A DNA stretch of 64,000 bases, from assembly GCA_050273025.1 (NCBI GenBank), contig CP158635.1, forward strand, positions 17,360,001-17,424,000, in the 5' to 3' direction. A program made the position numbers and the translations under genes. Every line of letters starts with the position of its first letter. Within the stretch, counting starts at the first letter, position 1. Below the pieces are notes generated by a model. That model saw only the letters and a list, made by a program, of their open reading frames with translations, did not search any database and was not told the DNA's origin. Origin of the DNA: Cenococcum geophilum (Eukaryota). Below are positions 1-11,656 of this stretch, in pieces.

Positions 1-211
1 TCCCACTAAGTCCTACTAGGACTACTACTTAAATCCTATTCTGCTCCGTATATATATTAACTAAGTAACTAAGTCTATAATATATACCTTTTCTTCCCAT
101 TTTCTTACCTTTTTTCCTTATGTAACGTCTTAACCTCCTTATACGGTTTATATATATAGCTTAATAATATCTACCTTGCTATATATTATTGTCGCTTATA
201 CTTACTTCGTA
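1..211 (+). mobile_element. 5' LTR (left-truncated by window edge) of LTR retroelement A; last bases (ATA) displaced to 3041-3043 by an insertion
   Basis: Near-identical, with RIP-type C/T and G/A differences, to 11472-11656 plus 18960-18988 and to the reverse complement of part of 19208-19637. Confidence 0.85.
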
Positions 212-539
212 TATCGGTAAAATATAGTACCCTTTCAATGGCCTTAATGGTTGGTGGTTGACGCAATTGGCGCGCAGTTAAGGGCATTTAGCAACTCGAC
301 CGACTAGCCTATATCGTGTTTTTTTGACACGCAGCCTGCGCGTAGCCTGCGTGTAACCTGCGCGCAACCTACGCATAACCTACTAGTAATCTGCGCATTT
401 GGCAACCATAATTATATTTACCTCTTTTATACTAATAATATATTTTAAATAAATAAAAGCTATTTTAAAGCTATTTATAAGGCTAGCAAAATAAATATTA
501 TTATTTTAGATAATTTAATATAATATAGCGATGGTTCTC

Positions 540-945
540 TTCTACCTATTTACCTATTGACTTACCTACCTACCTACATCGCCTACCTATTTATATCGCC
601 TACCTATCTACATCTACCTATCTACATTTGCCTACCTATCTATATCTACCTACCTATCTATATTTACCTACCCGTTAGCATTTATTTACCTATCTATATC
701 TACTTACCTATCTGCATCTACCTACCTATTTATATCTACTTATCTATATCTACCTACCTATCTATATCTGCCTACCCGTTAGTATCTACCTACCTATCTA
801 TATCTGCTTGCCTATCTATATCTACTTACCTATCTATATCTACCTGCCTATCTATATCTGCTTACCTATCTATATTTACCTACCTATCTACATCTACCTA
901 CCCGTTAGCATCTACCTGTTTATGCCTACCTGTCTATGCTACCTT
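540..945. repeat. Degenerate ~18-bp CTAC/CTAT-rich tandem array
   Basis: Repeating units like CTATCTATATCTACCTAC. Confidence 0.9.
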
Positions 946-992
946 AATTCGATCGATTGATCGAATCGTTTATAATGTTGGCTGGCTAGTCG

Positions 993-1995
993 TTGTCGTC
1001 TAGCTCTGGCGACGGTTGTCTAGTTCTGGCAACGGTCGTCTGGTTCTGGCGACGGTCGTCTGGCTCTGGCAACGGTCGTCTAGTTCTGGTAACGGTCGTC
1101 TGGTTCTGGCGACGGTCGTCTGGTTCTGGCGACGGTCGTCTGGTTCTGGTAACGGTCGTCTGGCTGGCGACGGTCGTCTGGTTCTGGCGACGGTCGTCTG
1201 GTTCTGGTAACGGTCGTCTGGCTGGCGACGGTCGTCTGGTTCTGGCGACAGTCGTCTGGTTCTGGTAACGGTCGTCTGGCTGGCGACGGTCGTCTGGTTC
1301 TGGCGACGATCGTCTGGCTCTGGCAACGGTCGTCTGGTTCTGGTAACGGTCGTCTGGCTGGCGACGGTCGTCTAGTTCTGGCGACGGTCGTCTGGTTCTG
1401 GTGACAGTCGTCTGGTTCTAGCGACGGTCGTCTGGCTCTGGCAACGGTCGTCTGGTTCTGGTAACGGTCGTCTGGCTGGCGACGGTCGTCTGGTTCTGGC
1501 GACAGTCGTCTGGTTCTGGTAACGGTCGTCTGGCTGGCGACGGTCGTCTGGTTCTGGTAACGGTCGTCTGGCTGGCGACGGTCGTCTGGTTCTGGCGACG
1601 ATCGTCTGGCTCTGGCAACGGTCGTCTGGTTCTGGTAACGGTCGTCTGGCTGGCGACGGTCGTCTGGTTCTGGCGACGGTCGTCTGGTTCTGGTGACAGT
1701 CGTCTGGTTCTAGCGACGGTCGTCTGGCTCTGGCAACGGTCGTCTGGCTCTGGTAACGGTCGTCTGGCTGGCGACGGTCGTCTGGTTCTGGTAACGGTCG
1801 TCTGGCTGGCGACGGTCGTCTGGTTCTGGTAACGGTCGTCTGGCTGGCGACGGTCGTCTGGTTCTGGCGACGATCGTCTGGCTCTGGCAACGGTCGTCTG
1901 GTTCTGGCGACGGTCGTCTGGCTGGCGATGGTCGTCTGGTTCTGGTAACGGTCATCTGGTTCTGGCGACGGTCGTCTAGTTCTAGCAACGGTCCT
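993..1995. repeat. GC-rich minisatellite of mixed 20-bp and 18-bp units, roughly 50 copies
   Basis: TCGTCTGGTTCTGGCGACGG and TCGTCTGGCTGGCGACGG units in tandem. Confidence 0.95.
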
Positions 1996-2122
1996 CTGCT
2001 GGCTGCCGTTCTGGTGCCTCCCTAGGTAGGGAGGATATAAAGAAGGAAGGAAGGGTAAAAAATAAGGTGGCTACATAGGGTAGAGGCACGTGTAGAGGCT
2101 ATTGGGAATATAGCGGGGACCC

Positions 2123-2455
2123 GATGCAGAGCTTCGTGTAGAGCCTCTATACGCAGAGCTTTGCGCAGAGCCTTGTGCAGAGCCTCTGTACGCAGAGCTT
2201 CTCGCAGAGCCTCGTGCAGAGCCTCTGTACGCAGAGCTTCGCGCAGACCCTCGCGCAGACCCTCGTGTAGAGCTTCGTGCAGAGCTTCGTGCAGAGCCTC
2301 TGTACGCAGAGCTTCGTATAGAGCCTCGTGTAGAGCCTTATGCGAAGCTTCGTGCAGAGCTTTATATAGAGCCTCTATGCGCAGAGCTTTATACAGAGCC
2401 TCTGTATGCAGAGCTTTATGTAGAGCTTTGTGTAGAGCCTTATATAAAGCCTCCA
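2123..2455. repeat. Minisatellite of 12-bp and 15-bp units
   Basis: GCAGAGCTTCGT and GCAGAGCCTCTGTAC variants; followed by ~5 copies of the 10-mer ATAAGATTGT at 2462-2510. Confidence 0.9.
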
Positions 2456-2582
2456 AGTAATAAGACTATAAGATTGTATAAGATTGTATAAGATTATATA
2501 AGATTATATATAATAGTTAAATATATAGTATATAACTTTACCTTAATCGCACGTTAAGAAATATATAGTTAGCTTTTAAAGT

Positions 2583-2975
2583 TGTTAAGTAGGTTAACTG
2601 CATATTAAGTTAGTTAAATTATATGTTAAGTAGGTTAACTGCGTGTTAAGTTAGTTAAATTGCATGTTAAGTAGGTCAACTACGTATTAAGTTAGTTAAA
2701 TTGCATATTAAGTAGGTTAACTGCGTATCGAGTTAGTTAAATTATATGTTAAGTAGGTCAACTGCGTGTTAAGTTAGTTAAATTGTATATTAAGTAGGTT
2801 AACTACATATTAAGTTAGTTAAATTGCATATTAAGTAGGTTAACTGCGTGTTAAGTTAGTTAAATTGCATATTAAGTAGGTTAACTACGTATTGAGTTAG
2901 TTAAATTATATATTAAGTAGGTCAACTGCGTGTCAAGTTAGTTAATTGCATGTCGAGTTGGTTAAATTGCATGTT
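2583..2975. repeat. 41-bp dimeric (20+21) tandem repeat, about 9 copies
   Basis: AGGT(T/C)AACT recurs at 2591, 2632, 2673 and onward with period 41. Confidence 0.92.
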
Positions 2976-3045
2976 AATTACGCGAAACGCGAAAACCAAA
3001 GTCTACTTAAATCTCATCCTGCGAATATTTTCCCGATGTAATACT

Positions 3046-6000
3046 TATTACGGACGCTTTAAGTACGATGTTATAACTACTTAGGGAAGAGTTAGAAGAA
3101 GCTAGTTGGTTAATTTAGGCACGGTCTAGGATGGAGCCGATAGAGCTATATGACGAGGAATAGTAACTGAGGTTATATAAGATCGGATACCTAGAACTCG
3201 GTCGCCCCCCGAACTCGGACGCGTTTCCCATACAAATTAGCGATTTTCCACCTCTATAAAAACAGTATTAGTAATATATTATTAATAATATAAAGTTCTA
3301 AATTTAAAGCTTATATAATCTTAAGTTAATTTATATAAAAAAAATTTTAAATTATCTTTATATGCTAATTTATTAACTAAACTAGAATTTATATAGTAAT
3401 TTGGCCCCCCTAAAAAACATACTATACTATTTTAATAAATTTTTTTATTAATATTTTTTAATAATATATAGCTATGCGACACCAGATTTCAATTTATATA
3501 GCATTTATATATATAGGCTTTTAAAATATAGCTATTTTAAAAATCTCCTATATAAAAAAACTAAAATTTTATATAGGAGCTTTTTAAAATAGCTATATTT
3601 TAAAAGCCTATATATATAAATGCTATATAAATTGAAATCTGGTGTCGCATAGCTATATATTATTAAAAAATATTAATAAAAAAATTTATTAAAATAGTAT
3701 AGTATGTTTTTTTAGGGGGCTAAATTACTATATAAAATAAACTATTCTATTTTTTAGGCGTATAAAGATCTTTTTTTAATTTTTTTTAATATAAATTTAC
3801 TTAAGACTATATAATCTTTAAGTTTAGAACTTTATATTATTAATAATATATTACTAATACTGTTTTTATAGAGGTAGAAAACCGGCATTTTATATGGGAA
3901 ACGCGTCCGAGTTCAGGAGGCGACCGAGTTCTGGGTTTTCGATCTTAACGTTATACATAATATATATAGTGTACGAAGGGAACGTACGTATAATATGTAT
4001 AACACATACCTTACGTATAAAGGGGATTTCTTAGAAGTATGGTTATATATTTAAAGGACCACAGTCCCTACCTAGATAGTTCTCTTCTTTATAGTAAATC
4101 TTAGAATATAATTAGAGTTAATCTATTAGGTAACTACTCCACCAGTTATATTTATGTTGTTAACTATTCTATACCTATATACCTAGCCCATTAATAAGTC
4201 CACTGTAGTATTTCCTATAAGGCTTCATTATACATTTACTACCAAGGTTATAGTAAAAAAAGTTAAATAATATGCCACTAAAAGCAGTAGCTATAACGGC
4301 GTTAATAGCGGCAACTACCTTAGAATTAGGTAATAATACTAGTATAGTAAATACTAACTCGCAACTAGTTACTGTTGGACAGCTATAGAAAATAGTTAAT
4401 TAATTAATAGATAATAATAGAATACTTAAAGAAAGAATTAATAGGATTAGAGTGGCTAAGGTTAAGTTACCCTTAATAGAGCAATTCTTAGGGGAGAAGT
4501 TAAAGCTTAAGGGATTCCTTATATAAATGCACTTTAAGGTTATATAGGAAGGAGTGAAGCTAGGAACGCCTATAGATTAAGTCGCTTATATAGGATTGTT
4601 CTTAACAGGAAGGGCACTTAAGTAGTTTAAGCCTTACCTTACGGAGGTATAAGAGTATAGTATAATAACTACTAATTAGGAAGTATAATATATATTCTTA
4701 AGTTAGAACGGGTTTGTAGAATAGTTAATATAGATATTTAGAAACCCGAAGGTAACTACTACGGTAAAAAGAAAACTTTAAACCCTAGTATAAAGAACTT
4801 TAGTAATTAAGTATATAACGTAGTTTTAAATATTAGTAATATAGGTTAAATAGAATAATAAAGCGCTTATAGTATAGTATAAATAGGGACTTAAAGCAAA
4901 AGTCTAAGATGTAAATTATTCTAATAGAAGATACGGACACTCTTAGGGATTTAATTAATTAAGCAATTAAGATTAATAATAGGATTTACTAAAGAGAGTA
5001 GACTAAGAAGGGTTAGGATAGAGTTCTATAGTTGTATAAGGCGTAGGGCACGCAATAATAAAGCTAAAGTTAAAAACTATAGTATAGCGTAGAGCTAATA
5101 GACCTAAGCAGTATTAAAGAAAATAAGAAACGGAATAAGCGACTATAGAAACCTAGAGGATAAGGATTAAGTAATTAAAGGTCTAAGGAGCAAAGGCTAA
5201 ACTAGGAATCTTAGCAATAGAAGACGTTTAAGCGGACTCTATAATAAGAAAAATAGTTTAAAGAAGGGGCTTATATAAATTATAAAAAATAGGGTTATTA
5301 CGTTAAAGACTATAGAAGTAGTTAAAGTTACTATATAGTAAAAGAAATAAGACTAGTAGAAGATATATATATAGAGGGATAATAGTGTACTATAAGGAAT
5401 AAAAGAATGTTTAATTAATAGTTTTGCGTTTTGTTATAATAACATATACTAAATTTATAAAGACGCTAAGTATAGCGTAAGCTATTAGCTATAAGAGCTA
5501 AAATTATTAGAGTTTAAAGGAACTAATAAACTAGTTTATAGATTGGATATTAAAGATAATAAATTTAATATAGGCGAAATATTCTGTAATAATAAGATAA
5601 TAAAGGCAGCTTACTAGGAGTATATAAACCTTAAAGATATTATATAAGAGGTAGAGGATAATTCCACTAAGAATAGGAAACATTAGTAGGGATTAAGACC
5701 CCACTAGATATAATATCTATCGCTTTATAAAATGTAAGAGAAGTAGGATAGTAAACTACTTTAGCACTTAATAAAGGCAAAAAGCTAAAGACTTAAGATT
5801 CTTAAGATAAGATAAGAGATAACTAAGATTCTTAAAATGAGATAAGGTAAGCTTAAGGACCTATAACGGACGATAACTAATAGAGTAGAGTAACGGCTTA
5901 GTTTAGTAATATATAAATGAGCTTAGGATGAAGTTTCCTAAAAGTATAAGACTCTTAAGATAAGATAAGAATACTATAGAAGCCTAGAGTTAAGCTTAAG

Positions 6001-9000
6001 ATAGAAGCAAGCTTAGGATTAAAAATCTTATAAAACTAAGACTTCTAGATATAAGTAAGGACTATTAAATAAACCAAGATTAAGAAGTAAGAAGACTTTA
6101 AGGATCTACTTATAAGGCGAAAACCAAAAGAAACCATAATAGAATTTAGATAGAGAATTATCGTATAGTAAGAATAGAAACTAGATAAAAGATCTAGTAT
6201 ACTAGGCTATATAAAGGACAGAGCGCTAATATAAAAAATCACTAATAGGCCTAGAGTAGGCATACTAAGAGCTAAGTAGCTTACTAAACTAGAAAATAAA
6301 AAGGATCTAAGAATCCCTATTAGGTTTAAAGAATAATATATAAAAGGCTATTATAATATAGTAATAAGAAGATACTTCCTTACGGACAAGCCGTATATAC
6401 TCTAGTAGCTATACTAAAAGTAGTATAAACAACGATATAATAATAAGTAGGAAGATTTCTATATGTGGTTAAATAAATAAGTTATTTAGGACCACCTAAT
6501 TATAGAGAAGGCTATAACTTATATTAAAGGAGCCTTAATTATAACGTTAAAAGATCTAAAGGAATAATTAGAGGACTAAAGAAGTAAGAGACGTATCTTA
6601 GTACCCGCGAATAAAGTCGTAACGTTCAGATTAGCACGATAAAGGTTTAAACTTAAAGATAAAAATAAGTTAAGAGTTAACCTAAAGCACCTAGTACACT
6701 ATACGTTATTATAAATTGTATATATAGACAATATATATAAAATACACAAGAATCTAAAGGAAAAGAATTAGAAGTACCTTATAAGGATATATTAGGCGCC
6801 AAAAGAGCAATAGTATAGGAATACTAAGTATATATATAGCTGGCATCTAACAGAAGTTTAAGAGTTAGGAGACTTAATACTTTAACTAAGAAGATTCCTT
6901 ATAGAAGAATGCTTAGACGGACGATAGTAGTAGAAATGCCTAGAGAATATGTATTTATAGTATATTAAAGATAAAAAGTAAACTAGGCATTAGCTAAAGA
7001 ATAAGCTAAGTATATAAGGATTAAGTAGCTAATAATTAGGAAAAGTAGAGGCCTATAAAACTAGAGGGAGCTAGTAATAAAGCCTTAGACCCTTAAAGGA
7101 ATTTAAGAACAACACCTAAATTTATAAGTTAAATAGTAAAATTAATAGTTTAAAGTACTAATAGATAGTGGAGTAACGCGGAACTATATTTTATTAGTAG
7201 TAGTTAAGAGAATGGGATTACCTTATAGGTAAAAGAAGCAACCTTACCTATTAGTTATAATTTTAGGAGATCTAATAGCCTATAGAGGAGGGATCATTAA
7301 CCTCAAAATAGGACCTATTTAGATAACCATTAAAGGAAGATGAATTAAGATGTCTTTTAATATCCTATTATTGGGACGGGATAAGGCAGTACTAGGGATG
7401 CCTTAGTTACAGAAATATAATCTAAAGATTAATTAGATTATAGGCTAGGTTAATATTAGAGATACGCGATAATATAAAATACGACAGCAAACTAAGTTAA
7501 AGCGACATATAAAGAGACTAAGTGAGGCTTAAGTTATATACTAAAAAGATATTATAAGTATGGCAAGAAACTATAGAGTCTAAAAAGCAAAAAGCTGGTA
7601 GATTATATAGCATAGGACTATAAAATAAAGTTAGAACTAGAAACGAGTCTAAGGTTCTTTTTAACATATAAGCTCACTAAAGAAGAGTTTAGAGCACTTA
7701 AAGAGTTTATCTAAGAAAACTTATAAAAGGGATATATTAAACTATTACAGTTATTAGCAGGTTATCTAGTACTATTTATACCAAAGAAGAACGGAAAACT
7801 TAGGTTATATATTAACTACAGATAGTTAAATAGTATTATTTAAAAGGATAGGTATATACTATTTCGAGATTTAGTATACTAAAGGAACTAAGAATATAAA
7901 AGCAGATATACTTAGTAGAAAGGCTAAACTATAAAATAATAAGAAACTATTAGGAGCAATGCTACGTAGAGATAAGGACGGATTAATTAGATATAATTAC
8001 CCTAAACTAGTAGTAACTTAGGAAGATAATAAACTAAAAAGAGTTTATAAGACACTAAAGAGCTTTTAGGTATAAAGAATTCTAAAGGCATAGCTAGAAG
8101 ATCTATAGATAGATATATATATAAATTAAGAAGCGAAGTATATCCTAAGAAGCATAGCAGAGCATTTTATAGAAGATTTCTATAGAGAAATAACTTAAGG
8201 ATATAATAGAGCAACAGGCTTAATATTAAGACTTTAGAAAGAATATATTATTAATAGAATCTAAAATATCGCAAAAAAGTAATAAAAGAATATTTAGATT
8301 ATTAAAGGAATAAACTAATAAGGTATAAGCCATATAGAGGGCTATAACCTATTAAAATACTAGAGAGACTATAGGAGGTTATATTATAGGACTTTATCGT
8401 TAAGTTACTAAAGTTAAGAGATTCTATTACCAAATAAGAATATAACGCGATCTTAGTAATAGTAGACAAGTTAACTAAGTAGGGCTACTTTATAGCATAT
8501 ATAGAAGAAATCTCAGCAGAGAATATCGCTAGAATCTATATTAAAGAAGTGTTCGCAAGATATAGAGCACTAAGTAAAATTATATTAGATAGAGATTTAA
8601 GATTTATAGCAGTATTCTAGGAGGTATTCTTAGCGGAGTAAGGAGTTAGAGCAGCAACTTTCACGATATATTACCCGCAGACAGACAGTTAAATAGAAAG
8701 ATTAAATTAGACGCTAGAATAGTATCTAAAACATTATATTAATTATACATAGAATAATTAGATATCACTATTATTAGTTATATAGTTTATATACAATATA
8801 ATACTATAGGAAGGAATAGGCACATTACTATTTAAGGCAAATTATAGATATAAGCCAAGAATATCATTATTACTATAGTAAGTGAAGAAAACGAGTAGTA
8901 TAGCTAAAGAAAAAATAAAGATACTAATAAATCTTTATACAGACCTTACGGAATTAGTAAAAAAGGTATAAGAGAAAATAAAAAGGTACTATAATGCTAT

Positions 9001-10569
9001 GAGATCTAAGGGACTAGATCTTAAAGAGGGAGATAAAGTATGGCTACTATATAAAAATTTTAAGAGTTAATAACTAAGTAAGAAGTTAAACTATATCAGA
9101 CTAGGACCTTTTAAAATCATTTAAAGGATTTCACCGGTTGCGTTTAAGTTAAACCTATTAGCTAAGATAAAAATCTACCCTATACAATATATCGCGATGC
9201 TAGAGCCAGTATATAGAGATATTAAGCTATTAGCCTATAAAGCAAATATATATAGAGGATAAAAGGAAGACAAATAGCAAGTTTTAAAGATTATTAATTA
9301 TAAGAACGTTAATAATAAAATATAGTATAAGGTTAAGTAAATAGGCTATAATAAGACTACCTAGGAGCTACTAGAAAATCTAAAGAACACTATAAGAAAG
9401 GTACAGAAGTATTAAAAGAGATTAGGTTAGGTAGTATTAATAAAAAAGAATTACTAAAGAATAAGTTACCTAAGGGGGATCTAAGAAGAGCAATTGCCGA
9501 ACTACTTAGATCTATTTCCTTCTCGGCTAAAAAAGAATCTATTTTTTTATTGCTAAGTTTCTATAAACCTTATTCTATAAGTTTCTACTTCTTAGAATAG
9601 ACCTTTTTACAAATCTTCTTAAGACGGAGTAATTAAGTAGATGCCGTAATATAAGTATCTAAGGCTTTCTATTCCGCATTATAAGAACATTCTAACTTAA
9701 TAAGGGCTTAAGATAACTCGCTATTAAGATAAGCAGTAGTAGATTAAACACGAGACCCTAAGATAGATTAATTAAGGAACTAGATAGCTATTATAAGTAA
9801 TAAAGCACGTATACTTAGCATTAGAAGTAGAGTAAACGTTATAGGACGAATAAATATTCGCTTTAGTGCACTTTAAGTAAGAGGACGGTTATTATAAAGA
9901 TGGACTTACTAACGTAATATAAACCAACCCCTCTTTTAAATAGTAAGAATATGGAGATAGTATAATCTCATTAAGAGACAATATCGCAATAACAATGTAA
10001 GCACAACGTTGCGCCTATAAAGAGGAAGAAGCCTTAGGTATAATAAGCGACAATATTAACTAAATTAATTAGACGGCTATTATACCTCTAGTAAATAACT
10101 TAAAGATATTTAGAATCTTTAAGGATAAAGATAGAGAGGAGGGAGATAGTGTTATAGACGCTTTAAGTATAATGTTATAACTACTTAGGGAAGAGTTAAA
10201 AAAAAGCTAGTTAGTTAATTTAGGTATAGTTTAGAATGGAGCCAATAGAGCTATATAATAAGGAATAGTAACTAAGGTTATATAATATTGTATGCAGTAT
10301 ACACAGTATATAAAGGGAACGTACGTATAATACGTATAACACATACCTTATATATAAAGGGGATTTCTTAGAAGTACGGTTATGTATTTAAAGGACTATA
10401 GTCCCTACCTAAATAGTTCTCTCCTTTATAGTAAATCTTAGAATATAATTAGAGTTAATCTGTTAGGCAACCACTCCACTAGTTATATTTACGTTGTTAA
10501 CTATTCTATACCTATATACCCAGCCCATTAACAAGTCTATCGTAGTATTTCCTATAAGGCTTCGTTATA
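3046..10569 (+). mobile_element. Ty3/gypsy chromovirus-like LTR retrotransposon B, RIP-inactivated, internally deleted in RT/RNase H
   Basis: LTRs 3046-4232 (interrupted) and 10150-10569; 5-bp TSD ATACT (3041-3045, 10570-10574); purine tract before 3' LTR; relics of gag (~4270-5320), protease (IDSGVT, ~7160), RT start (LFIPKKNGKLRL, ~7770), integrase (~8150-8900) and chromodomain (~9270-9420). Confidence 0.93.
3180..3945. mobile_element. 766-bp palindromic (foldback/MITE-like) insertion in the 5' LTR of element B
   Basis: Ends AGATCG...CGATCT, TA duplication (3178-3179, 3946-3947), absent from the 3' LTR; arms are reverse complements around a centre at ~3562. Confidence 0.9.
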
Positions 10570-10574
10570 ATACT

Positions 10575-11315
10575 ACGTTGCGTTAACTACCTATATTACC
10601 GTTAATATGCAGAACGAACCTAAAGCCCCTATAACGGCCGCCGGTATTATATCCGCACTTTAAAAATAATTAGTAGGGATATAGAAGTCTTTTATAGATG
10701 CCCTTAAATAGAACTAAACTACTTTAAATTAATAATAAGCTAAATAAAAAGCACTATACTAGCAATTAATTAAGAACCTCTAAGAAGAAGTCTGCGCCCT
10801 TAAGATACCTACGCTAGGACCTTAAGACTAAACACTATCTCTAGAGATGAATACGCGGAACGCGAGCCCTAAACCCACAGTAATTACTTACCCTAAGCCG
10901 ACTACTATACTAAAATGATCTAAATAACTACTAGATCCCCTAGTATTTACTAGTAAACAATAAAAACTTTAATTATTCCTAAGCTAGCTTAAAAATAAGC
11001 TAACTAGTAACGCTAACCGTTACCTAACTAAAGCTAACTAACTCTGTTACGTCTTAAGTTAACTAAGAGGAGATATAGCTAACCTTATTAAACCTCTTTA
11101 GCCAAACTTAGTATAAAGCCTAGTTATACTTCTTAAAGCTATATATAGTAATCCAAACCGCTAAGCTACTACTTAAAGTAGAGAAGCTATATTAAGCCCT
11201 TATGGGAACCCGTTAACTTTATAAGACTTATATAAGCTATAAAAGACTTTTATAAACTCTACTTAGAACTACTACAGCCCTATCTTATAAAAGCTTAAGT
11301 TTAAAGGGGGGGTAC
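10575..11315 (+). mobile_element. Internal region of LTR element A: truncated gag relic plus polypurine tract, no pol
   Basis: ATG at ~10607; RIPed gag-like stretch DPLVFT..LKNKLTSNANRYLT..YVLS*LRG; AAAGGGGGGG at 11303-11312 just before the LTR. Confidence 0.7.
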
Positions 11316-11656
11316 TGTTATAGGACACCCCCATAACACCTTATATATATTTACCTATTTTTATTAACTTAGTAACTAAAGACTAACTATAAGATAGCAA
11401 TCTAATAGTAATCTAATAGCAACTTACTATATTCTGCTATATTCTACTAAGTTCTATTAAGTTTTACTAAATCCCGCTAAGTCCTGCTAGGACTACTACC
11501 TAAATCCTATTCTGCTTTATATATATATTAACTAAGTAACTAAGTCCACAATATATACCCTTTCTTCCTATTTTTCTACCTTCTTTCCTTATATAACGTC
11601 TTGACCTCCTTATACAGTTTATATATATAGCTTAATAATATCTACCTTACTATATA
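11316..11656 (+). mobile_element. 3' LTR of element A, first part (remainder at 18960-18988 after LINE insertion)
   Basis: Starts TGTTA after the PPT, ends GTAACA at 18988; matches 1-211 and the inverted copy at 19208-19637. Confidence 0.85.

Larger units (their letters stand above)
212..3038. mobile_element. Non-autonomous TIR-bounded element (2.8 kb) filled with tandem-repeat arrays
   Basis: Left end TATCGGTAAAATAT versus right-end reverse complement CATCGGGAAAATAT; TA on both sides (210-211, 3039-3040); removing it restores the LTR end CGTAATA. Confidence 0.7.

Noticed and set aside
557..2460. ORFs with repetitive translations (YLPIYI, PEPDDRRQ, EALREAL)
   Set aside because: By-products of minisatellite arrays; open in several frames and strands, mostly without ATG starts.
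993..2975. Telomeric or centromeric satellite
   Set aside because: No TTAGGG arrays; the repeats are short and enclosed in a TIR element.
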